Source: an uncultured Methanosarcinaceae archaeon
Lineage (GTDB): Archaea > Halobacteriota > Methanosarcinia > Methanosarcinales > Methanosarcinaceae
Assembly: GCA_963833425.1 (NCBI GenBank)
Contig: CAWHXP010000009.1
Coordinates: 64,001 to 128,000 of the forward strand
Length of the DNA stretch: 64,000 nucleotides
Direction of reading: 5' to 3'
Shown here: in pieces, positions 21,961 to 37,795 of the stretch
Position numbering within the stretch: position 1 is the first letter of the stretch
Layout of the letters: each line of letters begins with the position of its first letter
Notes under the pieces: generated by a model
The model's database searches: none
What the model was told of the DNA's origin: nothing
Seen by the model: only the letters and a program-made list of their open reading frames with translations
Position numbers and translations under genes: made by a program

Positions 21961-23295
21961 CAGTTTAAATATATGATAAATTTTAAGAAATTCGGGGAAA
22001 AACGGTCCACAGACTCGATACTGACAAATCTTAAAATGGAGTGAAATATGATATAATTCTACTGACTTTATCATCCCAAAATAGAAAATCATTTTGGATT
22101 TGAGATAACTGCCTGTTAAACAGCAATTGAAGCTTTGATACTTCTATCCAACAAATGATGAACCGATTTCCAGAAGGAAATATTTAAAAGCTGGGATTTT
22201 TCGATACCTTCTACGATCGCAAAAATTTTCATTAATTTTCCTGACAATTGACTGTAATAAATTAGAAACTCAGAAAATAAATAAAAAGTCTACTAATGAC
22301 AAATTTTTGAATCCTAAAAGGCATTAAAGGGCCCCTTTAATTTATATTCATTTCCACTACGAGGTTTAATATTATAAAGGCTAAAGGAAAAGAATAAGCA
22401 ATTTATTGTCTGAAAATTGATCCAAGTTTTGTTAACAGAGCGAAGAAACTAATTTCCATAACCAATGAACTTTTGAAGTGACTGATTTTACTCAATATAT
22501 TGGAAAAATTCTCAAAGACTGTGATAATTTTCTGGACTTCATAGATTATGTTGAGATCCATCTACTTGAAACACAAACTAAACAGAGAGCAAGTTACAAA
22601 GAAACCAGCCAGCTTGACTTCAAAAATATCATATCATTTTGCAAAACTCTGCACCATATCAATAGTTTTCAGGGTGAATGCGCAAATTTTGCTGAGCTTT
22701 TGAGGGTCACAAAGATACAGAAAATAACAGGATGTTACGAAATTTAGGACCAGTTAGAACAAATCAGAAACTGTACTGAGATATTTAGCCTCCCATCAAA
22801 GTGTTCACTTTAGTACTAACAACACCCACTAACTCAAGCATTCTATATTTTAGGCTCAAGTGTCATGCTGGATAATTGTAAATTTCGTCTCAAAGTTATC
22901 ATTAGGTCGCAGCAAAGAGTTATATACTTGAAATGGAGTTAGAGGATAACTATCCAAGTAAAAAGTTATTCAACGTAATCACTTAGTTTGCCTGCACCAT
23001 AAGGGACGAATTCAAAAAACATATGGAACTTATCCAAGAAAATCTTATTTTTGCTGTATAAGTTTTATGTATTCCGGTTCTGAATTTACCTGGTCCTCAG
23101 GCACATTCTAGCATTCCCGGGGATATTAACCATTTATACGGCGTGTTTACTTATTTTTAGCTGGTCTACTGTACCGTTTTAATAAGTGACCTTTTTCTAT
23201 AAATGAAGTCTGGGTATGCAGTAGAGAGTATAAATAGTAGCAATTCTACAATCTGCAGGATCTGTAGAAAGAAATTGTCATAATAGAGTGAGTAT

Positions 23296-24966
23296 ATGGA
23301 AAAATTGGCGAAATTTAAGGCATTGGGGCTTTCAGACAGCACATTGAAAGCTCTCAAAAAGAAAGGGTTTGAAGAACCAACTCCAATTCAGGAAAAGGTT
23401 ATCCCGCTTTTTTTGAAAGGAAATTGCGATATTATAGGGCAGGCACAGACAGGAACAGGGAAAACAACTGCTTTTGGAGCCCCCATTATCGAAAAAATCC
23501 CTGAAAAATCAGGGAAAATACAGGCTATAATCCTGACGCCAACCCGAGAATTGGCAATTCAAGTTTCAGAGGAACTAAACTCCCTCAAAGGAGATAAAAA
23601 ACTGCATATCATCCCTATATATGGTGGACAATCCATGACCCAACAACTTCGCGCATTGAAAAGTGGAGTGGACATTGTTGTCGGAACACCTGGAAGAGTC
23701 ATTGATCATCTTGAACGAAAGAGCTTAAACCTCAAAGATATTGCATATTTCGTACTGGATGAAGCCGATGAAATGCTAAACATGGGCTTTATTGATGCTA
23801 TAAAGGATATTTTGAATTCGACTGGTCCTGAAAAAAGAATGCTTTTCTTTTCAGCTACAATGCCAAAAGCAATTCTTGGGATCGTCAAAAAATACATGCA
23901 AAACTATGAGCACGTTGCCATTGAGGAGGAACTTGTCACTGACCTGACCGAACAGATCTACTTCGAAGTTCAGGAAAACGATAAACTTGAGGCACTCTGC
24001 AGGATTATTGACATTGAAGATGAATTTTACGGCCTTATATTTTGCAGGACAAAAATTGATACAGGTCAGCTTGCTCAAAATTTAGGAGACAGGGGTTATT
24101 TAGTCGATGCCCTACATGGTGATCTATCACAACAGGAGCGGGAGAAAATCCTGAACAAATTTAGGAAACAGAAGATAAATATCTTGGTCGCAACTGATGT
24201 TGCAGCGAGAGGCATCGATATCATAGAGCTAACCCATGTTATCAACTATTCTTTGCCCCAAGATCCTGATTCCTACGTGCACAGGATAGGAAGGACAGGA
24301 AGGGCAGGTAAGCAGGGAACTGCTATTACATTTGTTACATCCACGGAATACAGGCGGCTAACCTACATTAAAAAGACCTCAAAGTCCGATATGAAGAAAG
24401 GGAGATTGCCTGAAATAAGAGATGTTATTAAAGCTAAACGGGCAAGAGTGAAGGCTGAACTTGAATCTACCATAAAAGCAGAAGAATACATTGATTGCCT
24501 TGAAATGAGTGAAAAACTCCTCGATGAATATCCGGCAGAGAAAATCCTGGCCGCAGTCCTTAAGTACGCTTTCAAGGAAAAGTTCGATGAAAGCATGTAT
24601 GCAGAGATCTCCGGCAGTTCATATGTCGATAGAAAGGGTAAAACCAGGCTATTTATTGCTATGGGGAAAGTCGACGGCATGAATCCGGATAAGTTAAGAG
24701 AGTTCATACAGGAAGAGACAGGAGATAACGAACTGAAAATAAAGGATGCAGAGATTTTTCCAAATTTTTCTTTTGTAACAGTACCTTTTGCTCAGGCTGA
24801 AACGTTACTTGAAATATTCAAAAACAAAAAGAGAGGAAGGAAACCCTTTGTGGAACTTGCCCAGAAATCAAAGGGAAAAGGCTCAAAGAATATGAATAAT
24901 TCTGGCAGCGTGAATAATTCGAATGACACAAGACACACGAAAAATACGAAAAAAAAGGTTTATTAG
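23296..24966 (+). CDS. deaD: DEAD-box RNA helicase with DbpA-type RNA-binding domain (DeaD/CsdA-like)
   Basis: Q motif, AQTGTGKT, PTRELA, DEAD, SAT and HRIGRTGRAG motifs. Confidence 0.93.
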   Translation: MEKLAKFKALGLSDSTLKALKKKGFEEPTPIQEKVIPLFLKGNCDIIGQAQTGTGKTTAFGAPIIEKIPEKSGKIQAIILTPTRELAIQVSEELNSLKGDKKLHIIPIYGGQSMTQQLRALKSGVDIVVGTPGRVIDHLERKSLNLKDIAYFVLDEADEMLNMGFIDAIKDILNSTGPEKRMLFFSATMPKAILGIVKKYMQNYEHVAIEEELVTDLTEQIYFEVQENDKLEALCRIIDIEDEFYGLIFCRTKIDTGQLAQNLGDRGYLVDALHGDLSQQEREKILNKFRKQKINILVATDVAARGIDIIELTHVINYSLPQDPDSYVHRIGRTGRAGKQGTAITFVTSTEYRRLTYIKKTSKSDMKKGRLPEIRDVIKAKRARVKAELESTIKAEEYIDCLEMSEKLLDEYPAEKILAAVLKYAFKEKFDESMYAEISGSSYVDRKGKTRLFIAMGKVDGMNPDKLREFIQEETGDNELKIKDAEIFPNFSFVTVPFAQAETLLEIFKNKKRGRKPFVELAQKSKGKGSKNMNNSGSVNNSNDTRHTKNTKKKVY

Positions 24967-26298
24967 TATTAATTCAATTTATTTGTTCGTTACTAATGAG
25001 GCTGCAAATCCTCATGAACTCAGACAAACTCCGGGAACTTAATTTATCCGGAAATTATTTTTAACCATATTTTCCTAGCTACATTCATCTATTATAAGTA
25101 AGAGGAACCTGTATTTTACAGAAACAGTAGTTCCAAATTTCTTTAATTACTAAATATATTTTTTCAGATCAAGGTGTTATTGAGAAATTTCAGACTATCC
25201 AATAGATTCTTTTCAAAAACTCAGTTAAAATATATCCAATATTATAAATCTTTTTTCAAGGAGTAGGCCCTAAAAATCATTATATTCTGAGACCTAGAGA
25301 TTGAAAAAAGGAAATCATACACTGAGTTCTATGAAATCGTGTTATCCAATTTTTCATCCCACTTCCCCAGTAAAATATAATAAATTCACAATTTTTTTTT
25401 ACTATCAATTTTCTGTCGCATACATAATTTTGTGAAAATGATGGGCAGGAGATTTCCTCGGTATTTACCCAAAAATGGTGGTTATACTCTTTGTTTAGAT
25501 TTGATACATTACTCAAGGATAAGTTCGATTTTAGATATTTTTCCTTAGCAATTAACTTTTGAGCCTTCGAAAATCCCGATTTTTGGCTGGTTGTTTAGAA
25601 TGTATATGTAATCAAATTGTCGAAATCGGAGATTTATCAAAATTCTCTTCAGATTACTAACTGATGGATTAAAAATAGATACTACCAATAGCCTACAGTT
25701 TAATCAGATCCTAGACTAAATTTTCTCATTGAGTCTTTGTAAAGATGGCTAATGATATTTTTTTTCCTCAGGCGGAATAGTTATGCTGATTCTATCGTTA
25801 TTTGTGGGATTGAAATTCTTTCTGATATAGATTTCTAATAGTTTTGTTGCCGGAATAAAGTTTCTCCGAATTATGGAACGAATAATCAGGGAAATATGGT
25901 CCTTAAACATACGGTCCATATCTGTATAGACTTTTAATTTATCTACTTATTTGTTAACTATTATTCATTGGATGTTAGTCGAATTTTTAATCCACTGCCA
26001 TGTTGAGGAATTAGATGGTATTCTTGTATGTATCTTTGAAAAGTTGTGATAAATGATTGAGTAATGTATGCAAGAATTATGGTAATCGAATACGTACAAG
26101 CATTAATCTAGACAAATCTGGAAGAAACAAAATAAATAGTAAAAATTGTCAAGATTATTCGAATTTGAGTGAAACTGAGTTTTATATCTACAAAAATGAA
26201 TTTAATTTGAAATTCTAATTTAAGGAAACTCCTTAAATTGATTCTTTACTTCGCTGAAAAAGTCAAATATTAACTTCATTTCCTAGTGATTTTCAATT

Positions 26299-26610
26299 TC
26301 AAGTTAGAGTAGAGTCCTTCTGGCCTCGCATCTTTTTTATGGCTAAAGCTATATTTTTTGTGATAATTGACTTAGGACCTTTGTTGTCTACAAGAACCCT
26401 CCCGCTCACTTCCCACCAGGACTTTGGATACGCTTTTTCGGGCTCTATTTCAGGATTTAGGCCAAGTTGCCTAGCTGCTTCTTTTATCTCATTGAGCTGT
26501 GGCTCCTTTATCGAATTTTTCCGAGCAATTATTCTTCCCTTGCTCCTCGACTTCATCTGGTCAATGTATATCGGCCAGATTACAATTTTTCCCTTATCTC
26601 GCATCATCAT
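26299..26610 (-). CDS. srp19: Signal recognition particle 19 kDa protein
   Basis: IWPIYID...SRSKGR...EKAYPKSWWEVSGRV signature. Confidence 0.93.
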   Translation of the reverse strand: MMMRDKGKIVIWPIYIDQMKSRSKGRIIARKNSIKEPQLNEIKEAARQLGLNPEIEPEKAYPKSWWEVSGRVLVDNKGPKSIITKNIALAIKKMRGQKDSTLT

Positions 26611-26958
26611 GATATCTTTGTTCTAAAGTGCTTTCATCTAATTTAAAACTGCCCTGGAGATTCCTAAGGGTCAGAACGTCATCTTTATCGTAGACTTTTT
26701 GTATCATTTCCCAATTTGTATACACACCTATTATTTGGCTGATCTTCATTTTAAAACTTGCTTCTCACCATATTTGGGTCTGTTTGTTCTACGCCTTAAT
26801 GAGATTAGTTAGAACGTAGTACTTCTGAGCAGGACAAAGTAAATTTAGTCACAATGGAAACTTGACTATGAAAATATCAATCACTTAATGACTGATGACC
26901 CAAGTTTCAAAACCTGTAATTATTTATCTTCCCAGGACAAATTTTGTATGGTGCTAAT

Positions 26959-27216
26959 ATGATTCCATCTTTTGCAATAGATGAGAAGGTAAGAGCTTAT
27001 ATAAGAAAAAGCGGACAGGATTTCCGGCTTTCCACATCTACCGAGGGCCCGGTACTTCTTACGCTTGATTATGTTTCACCTAAACCTTCAGACCTCAAGA
27101 TATTAATTGGTAATAATGTTCTTTATATTTCAAAAATTCAGGCAAAGTATATAAAGAAAATTGACTGGCCTATGATGGAAAGATTTCTGAATTTTTCCGG
27201 AAATCTCAGCACCTGA
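26959..27216 (+). CDS. Small hypothetical protein
   Basis: 85-aa ORF from ATG 26959 with GGTG upstream; protein-like composition. Confidence 0.65.
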   Translation: MIPSFAIDEKVRAYIRKSGQDFRLSTSTEGPVLLTLDYVSPKPSDLKILIGNNVLYISKIQAKYIKKIDWPMMERFLNFSGNLST

Positions 27217-28181
27217 ATTTTGAGTTTATCTGCCAGTTTCTATTTTTTTCTTTAGTAAATGAGTTTTTTATCTCCCTCTTCCATCATGATTACATTAGTT
27301 CAGATTTGGTGCAGTTTCGAATTTTGTATTGAAAAAATAGAGTCTTTGAAGTGGATGATTTTGGACATTTTAGTATTTTAAACTCATTGTTTACTTTATA
27401 TCCAGCTTCTACACCTCATCTTTTCTGCCTTCATAAGATATTTTTTTCTTGGAAAATTTGTCTATAAAATTAATTTTTTTATTTGTTGCAGATCAGATGC
27501 ATTCTTTTTTGATCCAACATTGACGCAATATAAAAGTTGATCCTCAGCCCCTAAATTTATATTCTAGAGGGGTTAGATTTATCTCTAATTTTCCCTTCTA
27601 GAAAAATTTTAAAGGATTCTCTCGGAGGAAAAAAAATCAAAGGCAAATCTAAACCATGTAAGTTTCATATAATTAAAAATATGTCATCTGAAGGAATTCT
27701 TATTTTTGTTATCCGTCCTTGACTCGTTGGTTGTAGATTTGAGAGAATCGGTTAAAGATGTAGCAGCACGAAATGAAACATCAAAAACTTCTTGGCAGCT
27801 ATAGAGAGTTTTGAAAACCCCTCGGTTTCGCTATATGATCAGAAATGACTTTTTATTTCTTCAGGTAAAGTTATTATATCAACGATGATACATAATTCAG
27901 AAGATATAGACAGTAAACTAGCTGTATAATATCTCAAGATTGGATTGTTTTTCAGTATCGAATCGATTGCTTCACGAACTTAAATATTTTTTGTATACAT
28001 TAAATTGTAGAAATGATTTCGGAACTTCAGATCCGAAAAACTGGATTATCCGCTTTATTTATTAAGAAGAGATGGCATAGGATAAAGACCCATATGTTCC
28101 AGATCCTAAAAAGGCTTCGCCTTGTGGAGAAAGAAATTGCCGAAGGCTGAAAAGATCGCTTAAGCTAAAAGGAGAATTTTT

Positions 28182-29045
28182 GTGGAAATAAAAACTAAAC
28201 TATTTTTTATATTCCTTGCTCTGATGGTGGTCTTGGTATCAGGTTGTATCGAAGAAAAAAAGAAGATTACCCTTGATCAACCCGGCAATATCTCTAGCTA
28301 TGAATTTGAGGTTTTTCAGGATTCTTGGATCAATAAAACACCTGTAAATACCAGCACATACTATATCCTAGAAGATCATAGAAAAGTACAGGTCGTAAAT
28401 ATTGTAATAAATTGTAGTAAATTTGATATTTATCCGCCAGATACCCTAGGTGGCAATTCAGAGGAAAAACCAATTGAAAATTTTGTATTGCTCGTGGATC
28501 CTTCAAAAAAGACCATATTAAATACCGGTACTTTACGAGAAATTTCACACAAAATTGAGAATTCATCTGTCAATTACACTCTGACTCAAGAAATTGGCCA
28601 AAACCTGAAAGTAATACACCTGGAATTCGAAGAACCTTTCACAGGTTTTATTGGTTATACTCATGAGATTCCAGGAACCCAAAGCTTTGGATTCATGAAA
28701 CCTGATTCCGAGTTTATTCGTGTGGTTCTTCCAGCAGGGTATGTTACTGGCAACAGGGTATTCGGGATAGCACTACCGACACCTTACAACGTAACTTTTG
28801 ATGAAAAATCAAGGCAAAATCTCCTTTGGAATTCTTCGAAAATGGGAAAAAAGGAAGTTGCTATTCAGGTAAAATATTATACTAAATCTGCACCTGTATT
28901 TTTCTTAGCCACAATTGTGGTACTATTCATTGGTGTTGGTCTCGTGCTTTCGCATTATTTCAGGATTGAGAAAGAATTTGAGGCTGCTAGAGGGATTTTT
29001 GAACTCGAAAAAGAGTGCGAGGAGAAGCAGCAAAGAAAGAAATGA
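28182..29045 (+). CDS. Lipoprotein-like membrane-anchored protein (DUF5803-like)
   Basis: Signal peptide ending in LVSGC lipobox, C-terminal TM helix, AGGAG RBS. Confidence 0.75.
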   Translation: MEIKTKLFFIFLALMVVLVSGCIEEKKKITLDQPGNISSYEFEVFQDSWINKTPVNTSTYYILEDHRKVQVVNIVINCSKFDIYPPDTLGGNSEEKPIENFVLLVDPSKKTILNTGTLREISHKIENSSVNYTLTQEIGQNLKVIHLEFEEPFTGFIGYTHEIPGTQSFGFMKPDSEFIRVVLPAGYVTGNRVFGIALPTPYNVTFDEKSRQNLLWNSSKMGKKEVAIQVKYYTKSAPVFFLATIVVLFIGVGLVLSHYFRIEKEFEAARGIFELEKECEEKQQRKK

Positions 29046-29719
29046 GCCTTAGAGGGATATTTCCTTTGGATTATACTTTTTCATACTTATTTGTGTTTAG
29101 GAAAAAATCAACTATTTTTCTAAAGTACCTAGAGTATATATCTAAATTGTAGTATATATATATAAAAATATTTATAAGTAATTCATGATCATCATAAGTT
29201 TATCGAAATGCCCATATTTATTTTTCCTTTAATGGAGATAGAGATTTAATCCGGTGCGGACTTTTTTGTTAAAGTCATAATCAACAGCTCGTAGTCCGGT
29301 ATAGGTTTTCTGTATACTCTATTACAGTCACCTCTTGTTTAATGCAAAATTATTGAAATCAAAGACGAAAATGTTCTTGGTGAAAGAATAGATACAATGA
29401 AGCTAGTAGATGGATGAAATGAAAAAAGAAAAGTTCATTTGTATTTTCGATTGAATTTACCTTGAAAGCCATTTAGCTTCTAATGGTTAAGAGTTTTTCA
29501 GAATCTCTTTCATGGTCATAAAATTGGATTGTTCACTCAAAATACGAAATTCGAGTAAACAATTTTGAGTTTTGGATTTGCTTATAATTTATAAATTGGC
29601 ACTCTTTGGGCATTTCATTAGCATAAATGAAAAATTTGCAGATCATGTGGATGTGGGTATAGATGAAAATTTGCAATACTTTCAAGAGGAGCTTTTTCTT
29701 AGTTTTCTTTAATGCAGAT

Positions 29720-30691
29720 TTAAGCTGCTCTAACACCTTTAAGGATTGTAGACATTGAATGCAGCATGATGCCTGTTAGGGCCATAAAACTCCCTGCAGC
29801 AATCAGTAAGATCATGATCATTGCAAGCCAGAAACTGAGACCTCCTCCCATAGAAAAAGTTTGTAGGAAGTGAGCAACCATATAGAGGCCTCCCGCTCCG
29901 AGAGATATACCGGGGATTGTAAAATAGAACAAGGGATTATCGAATTTTATGTCCTTTAAGATCATGAGGAGAACTTCGAGGCCATGATGAATCGGATTTT
30001 TGGTAGAACAGTCAACATCATAAAGGACGTCGATTTCGACTTCTTTTATGCGGAGGCCGGCCTTCCCAGCATCTGCAAGCATTTAGCTTTCTATAGCCAT
30101 GCCCTGCGCGTTGAAGCGAAAAATATCTATCGTAGAGGCCGCAAAGGCACGAAAACCGATTTGAGAATCGGTAATATTGACGCCCGAGCTGATGTTAGTG
30201 AACCTATCAAAAATGGTCTGGCCGACGCGGCGGTAAAAAGGAGTTTTTTTGTCAAGGCCGTTTAAGTAGCGGCTACCATTCACAATGTCAGCATTTCCTT
30301 CAATAATTGGAGCTATTAACTTTGGAATGTCAGCAGGGTTGTGCTGTCCGTCTGAATCCATCGTTACAATTACATCGACACCAAAATTAACTGCGACTGT
30401 AAAACCGGTCTTGAGAGCACCCCCTTTTCCCATGTTAATTTCATGTACGATCACTTCGGCTCCAGCTTCTCTGGCAATGTCAGCTGTACGGTCTGAACTA
30501 CCGTCGTCAACAACGATTACGTTTTCTGCATAGATTCTGGTAAGGAGAACTATGCTTCCGATGGAGACTTCTTCATTATAAGCGGGAAGAACTACTATGA
30601 TATTCTGGGGAGTTATCCCTCGCTCAGGTCGATGTTTTTCTTCTTTACTTATACACCGAATTTTTTTGCCTATCGATAGTTCATTATTCAC
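29720..30691 (-). pseudogene. GT2 glycosyltransferase (dolichol-phosphate mannosyltransferase-like) split by one in-frame TAA
   Basis: LPAYNEE, VDDGSSD, MDSDGQH and DSQIGFRAF motifs. IES-TAA-ML at 30083-30085 occurs where IESEML is expected; the TM tail is in the second ORF. Confidence 0.85.
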
Positions 30692-33117
30692 TTTGAATAA
30701 CCCCCAAGATATATACTAAAATTATTGACGGAAACTGTGAATTCAAGCATTCGTGTAATCAAAATCATAGAATTGATTTGCACGATTTTCTCGGCATAGG
30801 CAATTGCCTCGTCCACCACCTACAAGGTTTACCTACAAGATTGGTGTTTTAAAATCCTCAAATTTGAGTATGTGCAATACCCATAGCAATCAATTATTAC
30901 AAATTATTTGATTTATGCCCTGTTATTATTAAAGAAACCTATTTAAATTTTATTCCTTTATGATTTTATATATGAATATCTAGAAACTAAATAAACATGC
31001 TAGAATATCTTTTCCTTAAGAAAGATAGTTACAGCTAAATAATGGATTAAAAATACATTGCCATTTACTCTCGAGATCAATTAGATAAACTTCTGATTTT
31101 AACAAATTTAATACTTCACTACCTGGCTCAGATACTTATATAATCCTACCCATTTTCTCGAATTTCTTTAGATTATTGTTTAACTAAATTCCACAAAGTA
31201 TTTTGAACCTGTACTTTGAATTAATGTGTGAACAACATCTGTAAATAATTGATGCTAGAACCTTGAAACATAGCGTAGATGTCACTTTATTGAATCAAAA
31301 TTGAATTATTTTTGATAATAGCAGTAGCAAAAGGGTTTATACATTTAGCTCCACTAAAGGAAATTATGCCAAAATTTTGTGATTTGTGGTCAATTCCAGA
31401 TATAAATGCCGAATAAAATTGTTCAGATATAGTGTATTAGTATGGTTACTGAAAAAAATACATCTATTTGTGAGAATCTCAAATTAGCTATTGAATTCTT
31501 GATCCAATTTAACTATTTTTTTAAAGTATTCTCCAAATGAAATTTTGTTCTGAACCTTGATTTACAATTCCGTCAGAAGTACTATTCTATATGCGATCAA
31601 GTTCAGGAATGAGTGAACTTTACTACTTTTTTACTATTCTGACTTAAAATTTTATTATAACCTTTATGAGACCCCGTATCTTATAGCATTTAGCTCTTTT
31701 TATATAATTATTTGAATGAATTGCCTTTAATATTTTGGTTTCTTCGATACATTCCAACCTGAACCATTCTTTCATTATAGCACGCGAGATTGATTTTTTT
31801 CTTCCATTTTTGCATTGATACCTCTTCCTTTTTTTCATATTTTATTGGAAAGTGATTTATTATCTCATTACCACCGTCCTTATTGATTACGGCATTTGAT
31901 GCAAAATGATGACCGATTTTGCTTTAAGATGAAACCATATAATACATTTTGGAAACGAATCATAAACTAGTTGGAAGAGTTCGATTATATCTCAGTATTT
32001 TTTAAAACTTGTATATGTTTAATAAGTTAAAGATAATCAGAAGCAAACCCATTAGTATAAATCTATGAAATCAGGATAAGTTCTAAACATTTGAATGCCT
32101 TATTCGTTTTACATTCATAATGTTGATTATAATCAGCATGCGTATAGTATCTTGAAGCTCTAAGGATAGTGGGATCTTTCTTAGCTTTTTTTCTTGTGAA
32201 ATTTATAGGATTTTTTTCATCAAAAAACATCATTTTTCATTGACTCCTCCATCTTCGAGCTTCTTATTCATAAAATGATGAAGGTTTCAACCTTAAGTAA
32301 GTTTTATCTAAATCTTTTCATAACAAAGATTCCAGAAGAGCTTCTGATTTTGCTAGCGAAGAAAATCGTTTTATCAGACTAAGGTTTTCTGAAACATTTC
32401 ACAACAATGAATTTTTATCATAAAACAAGCACTTTAATTGAAAACTTTTGTTGCACATTGTAGTTTAATAAGGCTGACATAAGTATATCAACTCTTGAGA
32501 TCATCGATTATAAATTAGCTAAGTGATGATTCATTACATTTTTTTACAAAACCAATTCCATAAATTATATGAACTTCGCTTTTATAAGCAGGACTTTATT
32601 TAAGCATTACTTTCTCACCTCAGCCTTCACTAATAATTTTCTTAACATAATATAAGTGATTCCTTCAGTTAACTAAAATGCCTGAAATTTGACTATCTAA
32701 AGACCGGGAAAGAAAATTTTTAAATGCCGCGAGTCTCACAATGATCATTAAGGAGATACAAAGATTTGCTTAGCGAAACCGAAAATATTTATTTAACCAA
32801 AAAACGTGTTAAAAATGAATATAAATTTCGCAAATTTAGATCTAAAATTGTGTAAAATACATTTTCCAAGAGGATTTAAACCGAAGAATCTGATGGAATT
32901 TTCAATGGATCTAAAGGCTTAAAATGTATGAGTGCAGATTGAATTCAGTTTGTGGTAGAAACATCGTCGGAAATATAAAATCAAGATGTTAACAATCAAA
33001 TAATTATATAATTAATATTATTTTATAATATTTATTTTGACAAATATTTTCTCACGAATTTTAAAAAAGCTAAATGTTGCATTATTCAAATAATTATCAT
33101 ATTTTTATGGAGAATAG

Positions 33118-35028
<1,911 letters not shown>

Positions 35029-35038
35029 GGTGTCTAAA

Positions 35039-37795
35039 ATGGCAAAATACGAAGACGGAGTTGGCCCAGAATCTGAAGTGAAAAAATCTTATCAGGCTGC
35101 CCTTATCCAGAATGAGCAGATTGAAGAGTCAGAAAATGAGAAAATGATCTCAAGTCTCTCACAAAAAAATCCTGAAAAGAAATCAAAAGTATCCGTATCC
35201 GATACTGCTCCGGAAGACCCTGAAGAAGACGGTCCAGGAGCTGAAAAGACCGGGATTACTGCTATCCTTATCGACGATGAGATGAAACGCTCCTACATCA
35301 ACTACGCAATGAGTGTGATAGTTGGGAGGGCACTTCCAGATGCCCGTGATGGTTTAAAACCAGTTCATCGCAGAATCCTTTTTGCCATGAAAGAGGCAGG
35401 CATTACCCATGACAAGCCCTACAAGAAATCCGCCCGTGTGGTAGGCGACGTGCTAGGTAAATATCATCCCCATGGAGACACCGCAGTATATGATAGTATC
35501 GTGCGGATGGTTCAACCTTTCTCTCTTCGTTATCCCTTAATCGATGGGCAGGGGAACTTCGGATCTATTGATGGGGATGAGGCTGCAGCCATGCGTTATA
35601 CCGAAGTTCGCATGGACAAAATTGCAGAGGAGATGCTGATAGATATTGAGAAAGAAACTGTGCCCTTCAGGCCTAATTATGACGGATCCATGGAAGAGCC
35701 AGAAGTGCTCCCTTCAAAACTTCCGAACCTCCTAATAAATGGATCAACAGGTATTGCAGTGGGTATGGCAACAAACATGGCCCCTCATAATATAAGAGAG
35801 GTAATTGACGGCACTCTCATGCTTATTGAAAACTCGGAAATAACAATTATGGAACTCATGACCACAATCAAGGGTCCTGACTTTCCTACTGGTGCCCATA
35901 TCCTGGGAACAGCAGGCATAAAGTCTGCGTACATGACTGGAAGGGGCTCAGTGAAGATTCGAGCAGTCGCTGAAATCCAGGAATTAAAGAAAGACAGAGA
36001 GCAGATCATTGTAACAGAGCTTCCATATCAGGTGAATAAAGCTCGGATGATTGAAAACATTGCTCAGCTCGTCAGGGAAAAGACAATAGTTGGAATTTCA
36101 GATCTACGAGACGAGTCAGACAGGGATGGAATTAGGGTTGTTATCGAGATTTCCCGGGGCTCTAACTCAAAGGTTATCTTGAATCAGCTCTACAAGCATA
36201 CTCAGATGGAGACTAGTTTCGGAATAATCAATCTTGCCCTTGTGGATGGAACTAAGACAAAGGAACTGAATCTGAAGGAACTCCTGAAAATCTATCTGGA
36301 CTATAGGTTGGAAATCATCCAGAAGCGGACGCTATATGACCTCAAGAAAAGTGAAGAGAGGGCGCATATCCTGATAGGGCTGGAAATTGCCCTGGACAAC
36401 ATCGACGCAGTAGTTGCCATGATCAAAGGTTCAGCAAACACAGATCTAGCAAAGCAGAGCCTAATGGATAACTTTACCCTTGACGAAATCCAGTCTAAAG
36501 CTATATTGGAAATGCGCCTACAACGCCTTACTGGACTTGAGACACGTAAAATTATTGAAGAGTTGGAAAGTCTCAAGAAACTGGTCATTGAATTCATGAA
36601 GGTCCTTGAAAGCGACGAAATCAAGTATGAAATAATTAAAAACGAGCTTATAGAACTTAAGGAGAAATACGGAGATGTACGCAGGACAAAAATTGTGCCT
36701 GCTGCTGCTGAGGTTACGGATGAAGACATGATACATGAAGAAAATGTAGTAGTCACGATTACGAACGAGGGCTACATAAAACGTATTCCTCTTGATACCT
36801 ACTCGATGCAAAGACGTGGAGGTAGGGGTATAATCGGCATGGAGATGAAGGAAGAAGACTTCGTGGAGAACCTCTTTATCTCCTCAACCCATAACTATAT
36901 CCTTTTCTTCACTAATTTTGGCAAGCTCTATTGGCAGAAAGTATATGAAATCCCTGTAGGTTCTCGCCAGTCCAGAGGTAAAGCCATAGTGAACCTCCTG
37001 GAATTGCAGGAAGGAGAAATGGTCAATGCCATGATCCCAGTAGAAGAGTTCGCTGAGGATAGATACCTTCTTATGGCGACAAGAGCGGGTACGATAAAGA
37101 AGACCCCTCTCTCTGAGTTCAGGAACCCAAGGAAAGCTGGTATAATTGCAGTTACTCTGGACGAGGGCGACGAGCTCGTAAAAGTTCTTCTGACTGACGG
37201 GAATAATGAAGTGGTAATAGTATCAAAGAAAGGTAAAGCCGTCCGCTTCTTCGAAGAACACGTCCGACCTATGGGCAGATCTGCGAGAGGTGTTCGTGGC
37301 ATGACCCTTGATGGTCGGGATGATGAAGTTGTCAGTATGGATCTTGTTGACGAAACGACAACTCTCCTGACGGTAACTGAAAATGGTTTTGGTAAACGTA
37401 CAGAATACTCTCAATATCCAGCTTACCGTCGTGGTGGAAAAGGCGTGATTACAATAGTCACTAACAAAAGGAATGGCTCAGTCTCAAAAGTTAAATCTGT
37501 AGCTGAATACGACGAACTCATTTTCACAAGCGCTGAAGGAATCATAATCCGAATCCCTGCTAAAGATATCTCAGTTCAGGGCAGAAACACCCAGGGAGTA
37601 AGAATTATGAATCTCAAACCCGGTGATAAAGTCGTAGGCGTGGCTAGAATAAAAAATGGAGAAGCTGAAAAGCAGATGAAGCTAACTGAACTTAAAGCTA
37701 GCGAAGCAGAAAGGGAAATAGAGGCATCAGAGGACGAAAGCGATACAGGAATACTTGGATACGTAGAAGAAATTGAAGATCTCGAAGAACCATAG
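35039..37795 (+). CDS. gyrA: DNA gyrase subunit A
   Basis: [15 protein letters not shown] catalytic Tyr, GyrA box QRRGGRG, acidic N- and C-terminal extensions; GAGGTG RBS before ATG 35039. Confidence 0.98.
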   Translation: MAKYEDGVGPESEVKKSYQAALIQNEQIEESENEKMISSLSQKNPEKKSKVSVSDTAPEDPEEDGPGAEKTGITAILIDDEMKRSYINYAMSVIVGRALPDARDGLKPVHRRILFAMKEAGITHDKPYKKSARVVGDVLGKYHPHGDTAVYDSIVRMVQPFSLRYPLIDGQGNFGSIDGDEAAAMRYTEVRMDKIAEEMLIDIEKETVPFRPNYDGSMEEPEVLPSKLPNLLINGSTGIAVGMATNMAPHNIREVIDGTLMLIENSEITIMELMTTIKGPDFPTGAHILGTAGIKSAYMTGRGSVKIRAVAEIQELKKDREQIIVTELPYQVNKARMIENIAQLVREKTIVGISDLRDESDRDGIRVVIEISRGSNSKVILNQLYKHTQMETSFGIINLALVDGTKTKELNLKELLKIYLDYRLEIIQKRTLYDLKKSEERAHILIGLEIALDNIDAVVAMIKGSANTDLAKQSLMDNFTLDEIQSKAILEMRLQRLTGLETRKIIEELESLKKLVIEFMKVLESDEIKYEIIKNELIELKEKYGDVRRTKIVPAAAEVTDEDMIHEENVVVTITNEGYIKRIPLDTYSMQRRGGRGIIGMEMKEEDFVENLFISSTHNYILFFTNFGKLYWQKVYEIPVGSRQSRGKAIVNLLELQEGEMVNAMIPVEEFAEDRYLLMATRAGTIKKTPLSEFRNPRKAGIIAVTLDEGDELVKVLLTDGNNEVVIVSKKGKAVRFFEEHVRPMGRSARGVRGMTLDGRDDEVVSMDLVDETTTLLTVTENGFGKRTEYSQYPAYRRGGKGVITIVTNKRNGSVSKVKSVAEYDELIFTSAEGIIIRIPAKDISVQGRNTQGVRIMNLKPGDKVVGVARIKNGEAEKQMKLTELKASEAEREIEASEDESDTGILGYVEEIEDLEEP

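Noticed and set aside
24964..24972. Amber read-through of the DEAD helicase
   Set aside because: TAG-TAT-TAA would add only two residues.
30083..30085. Pyrrolysine or selenocysteine recoding in the GT2
   Set aside because: The codon is TAA, not TAG or TGA.
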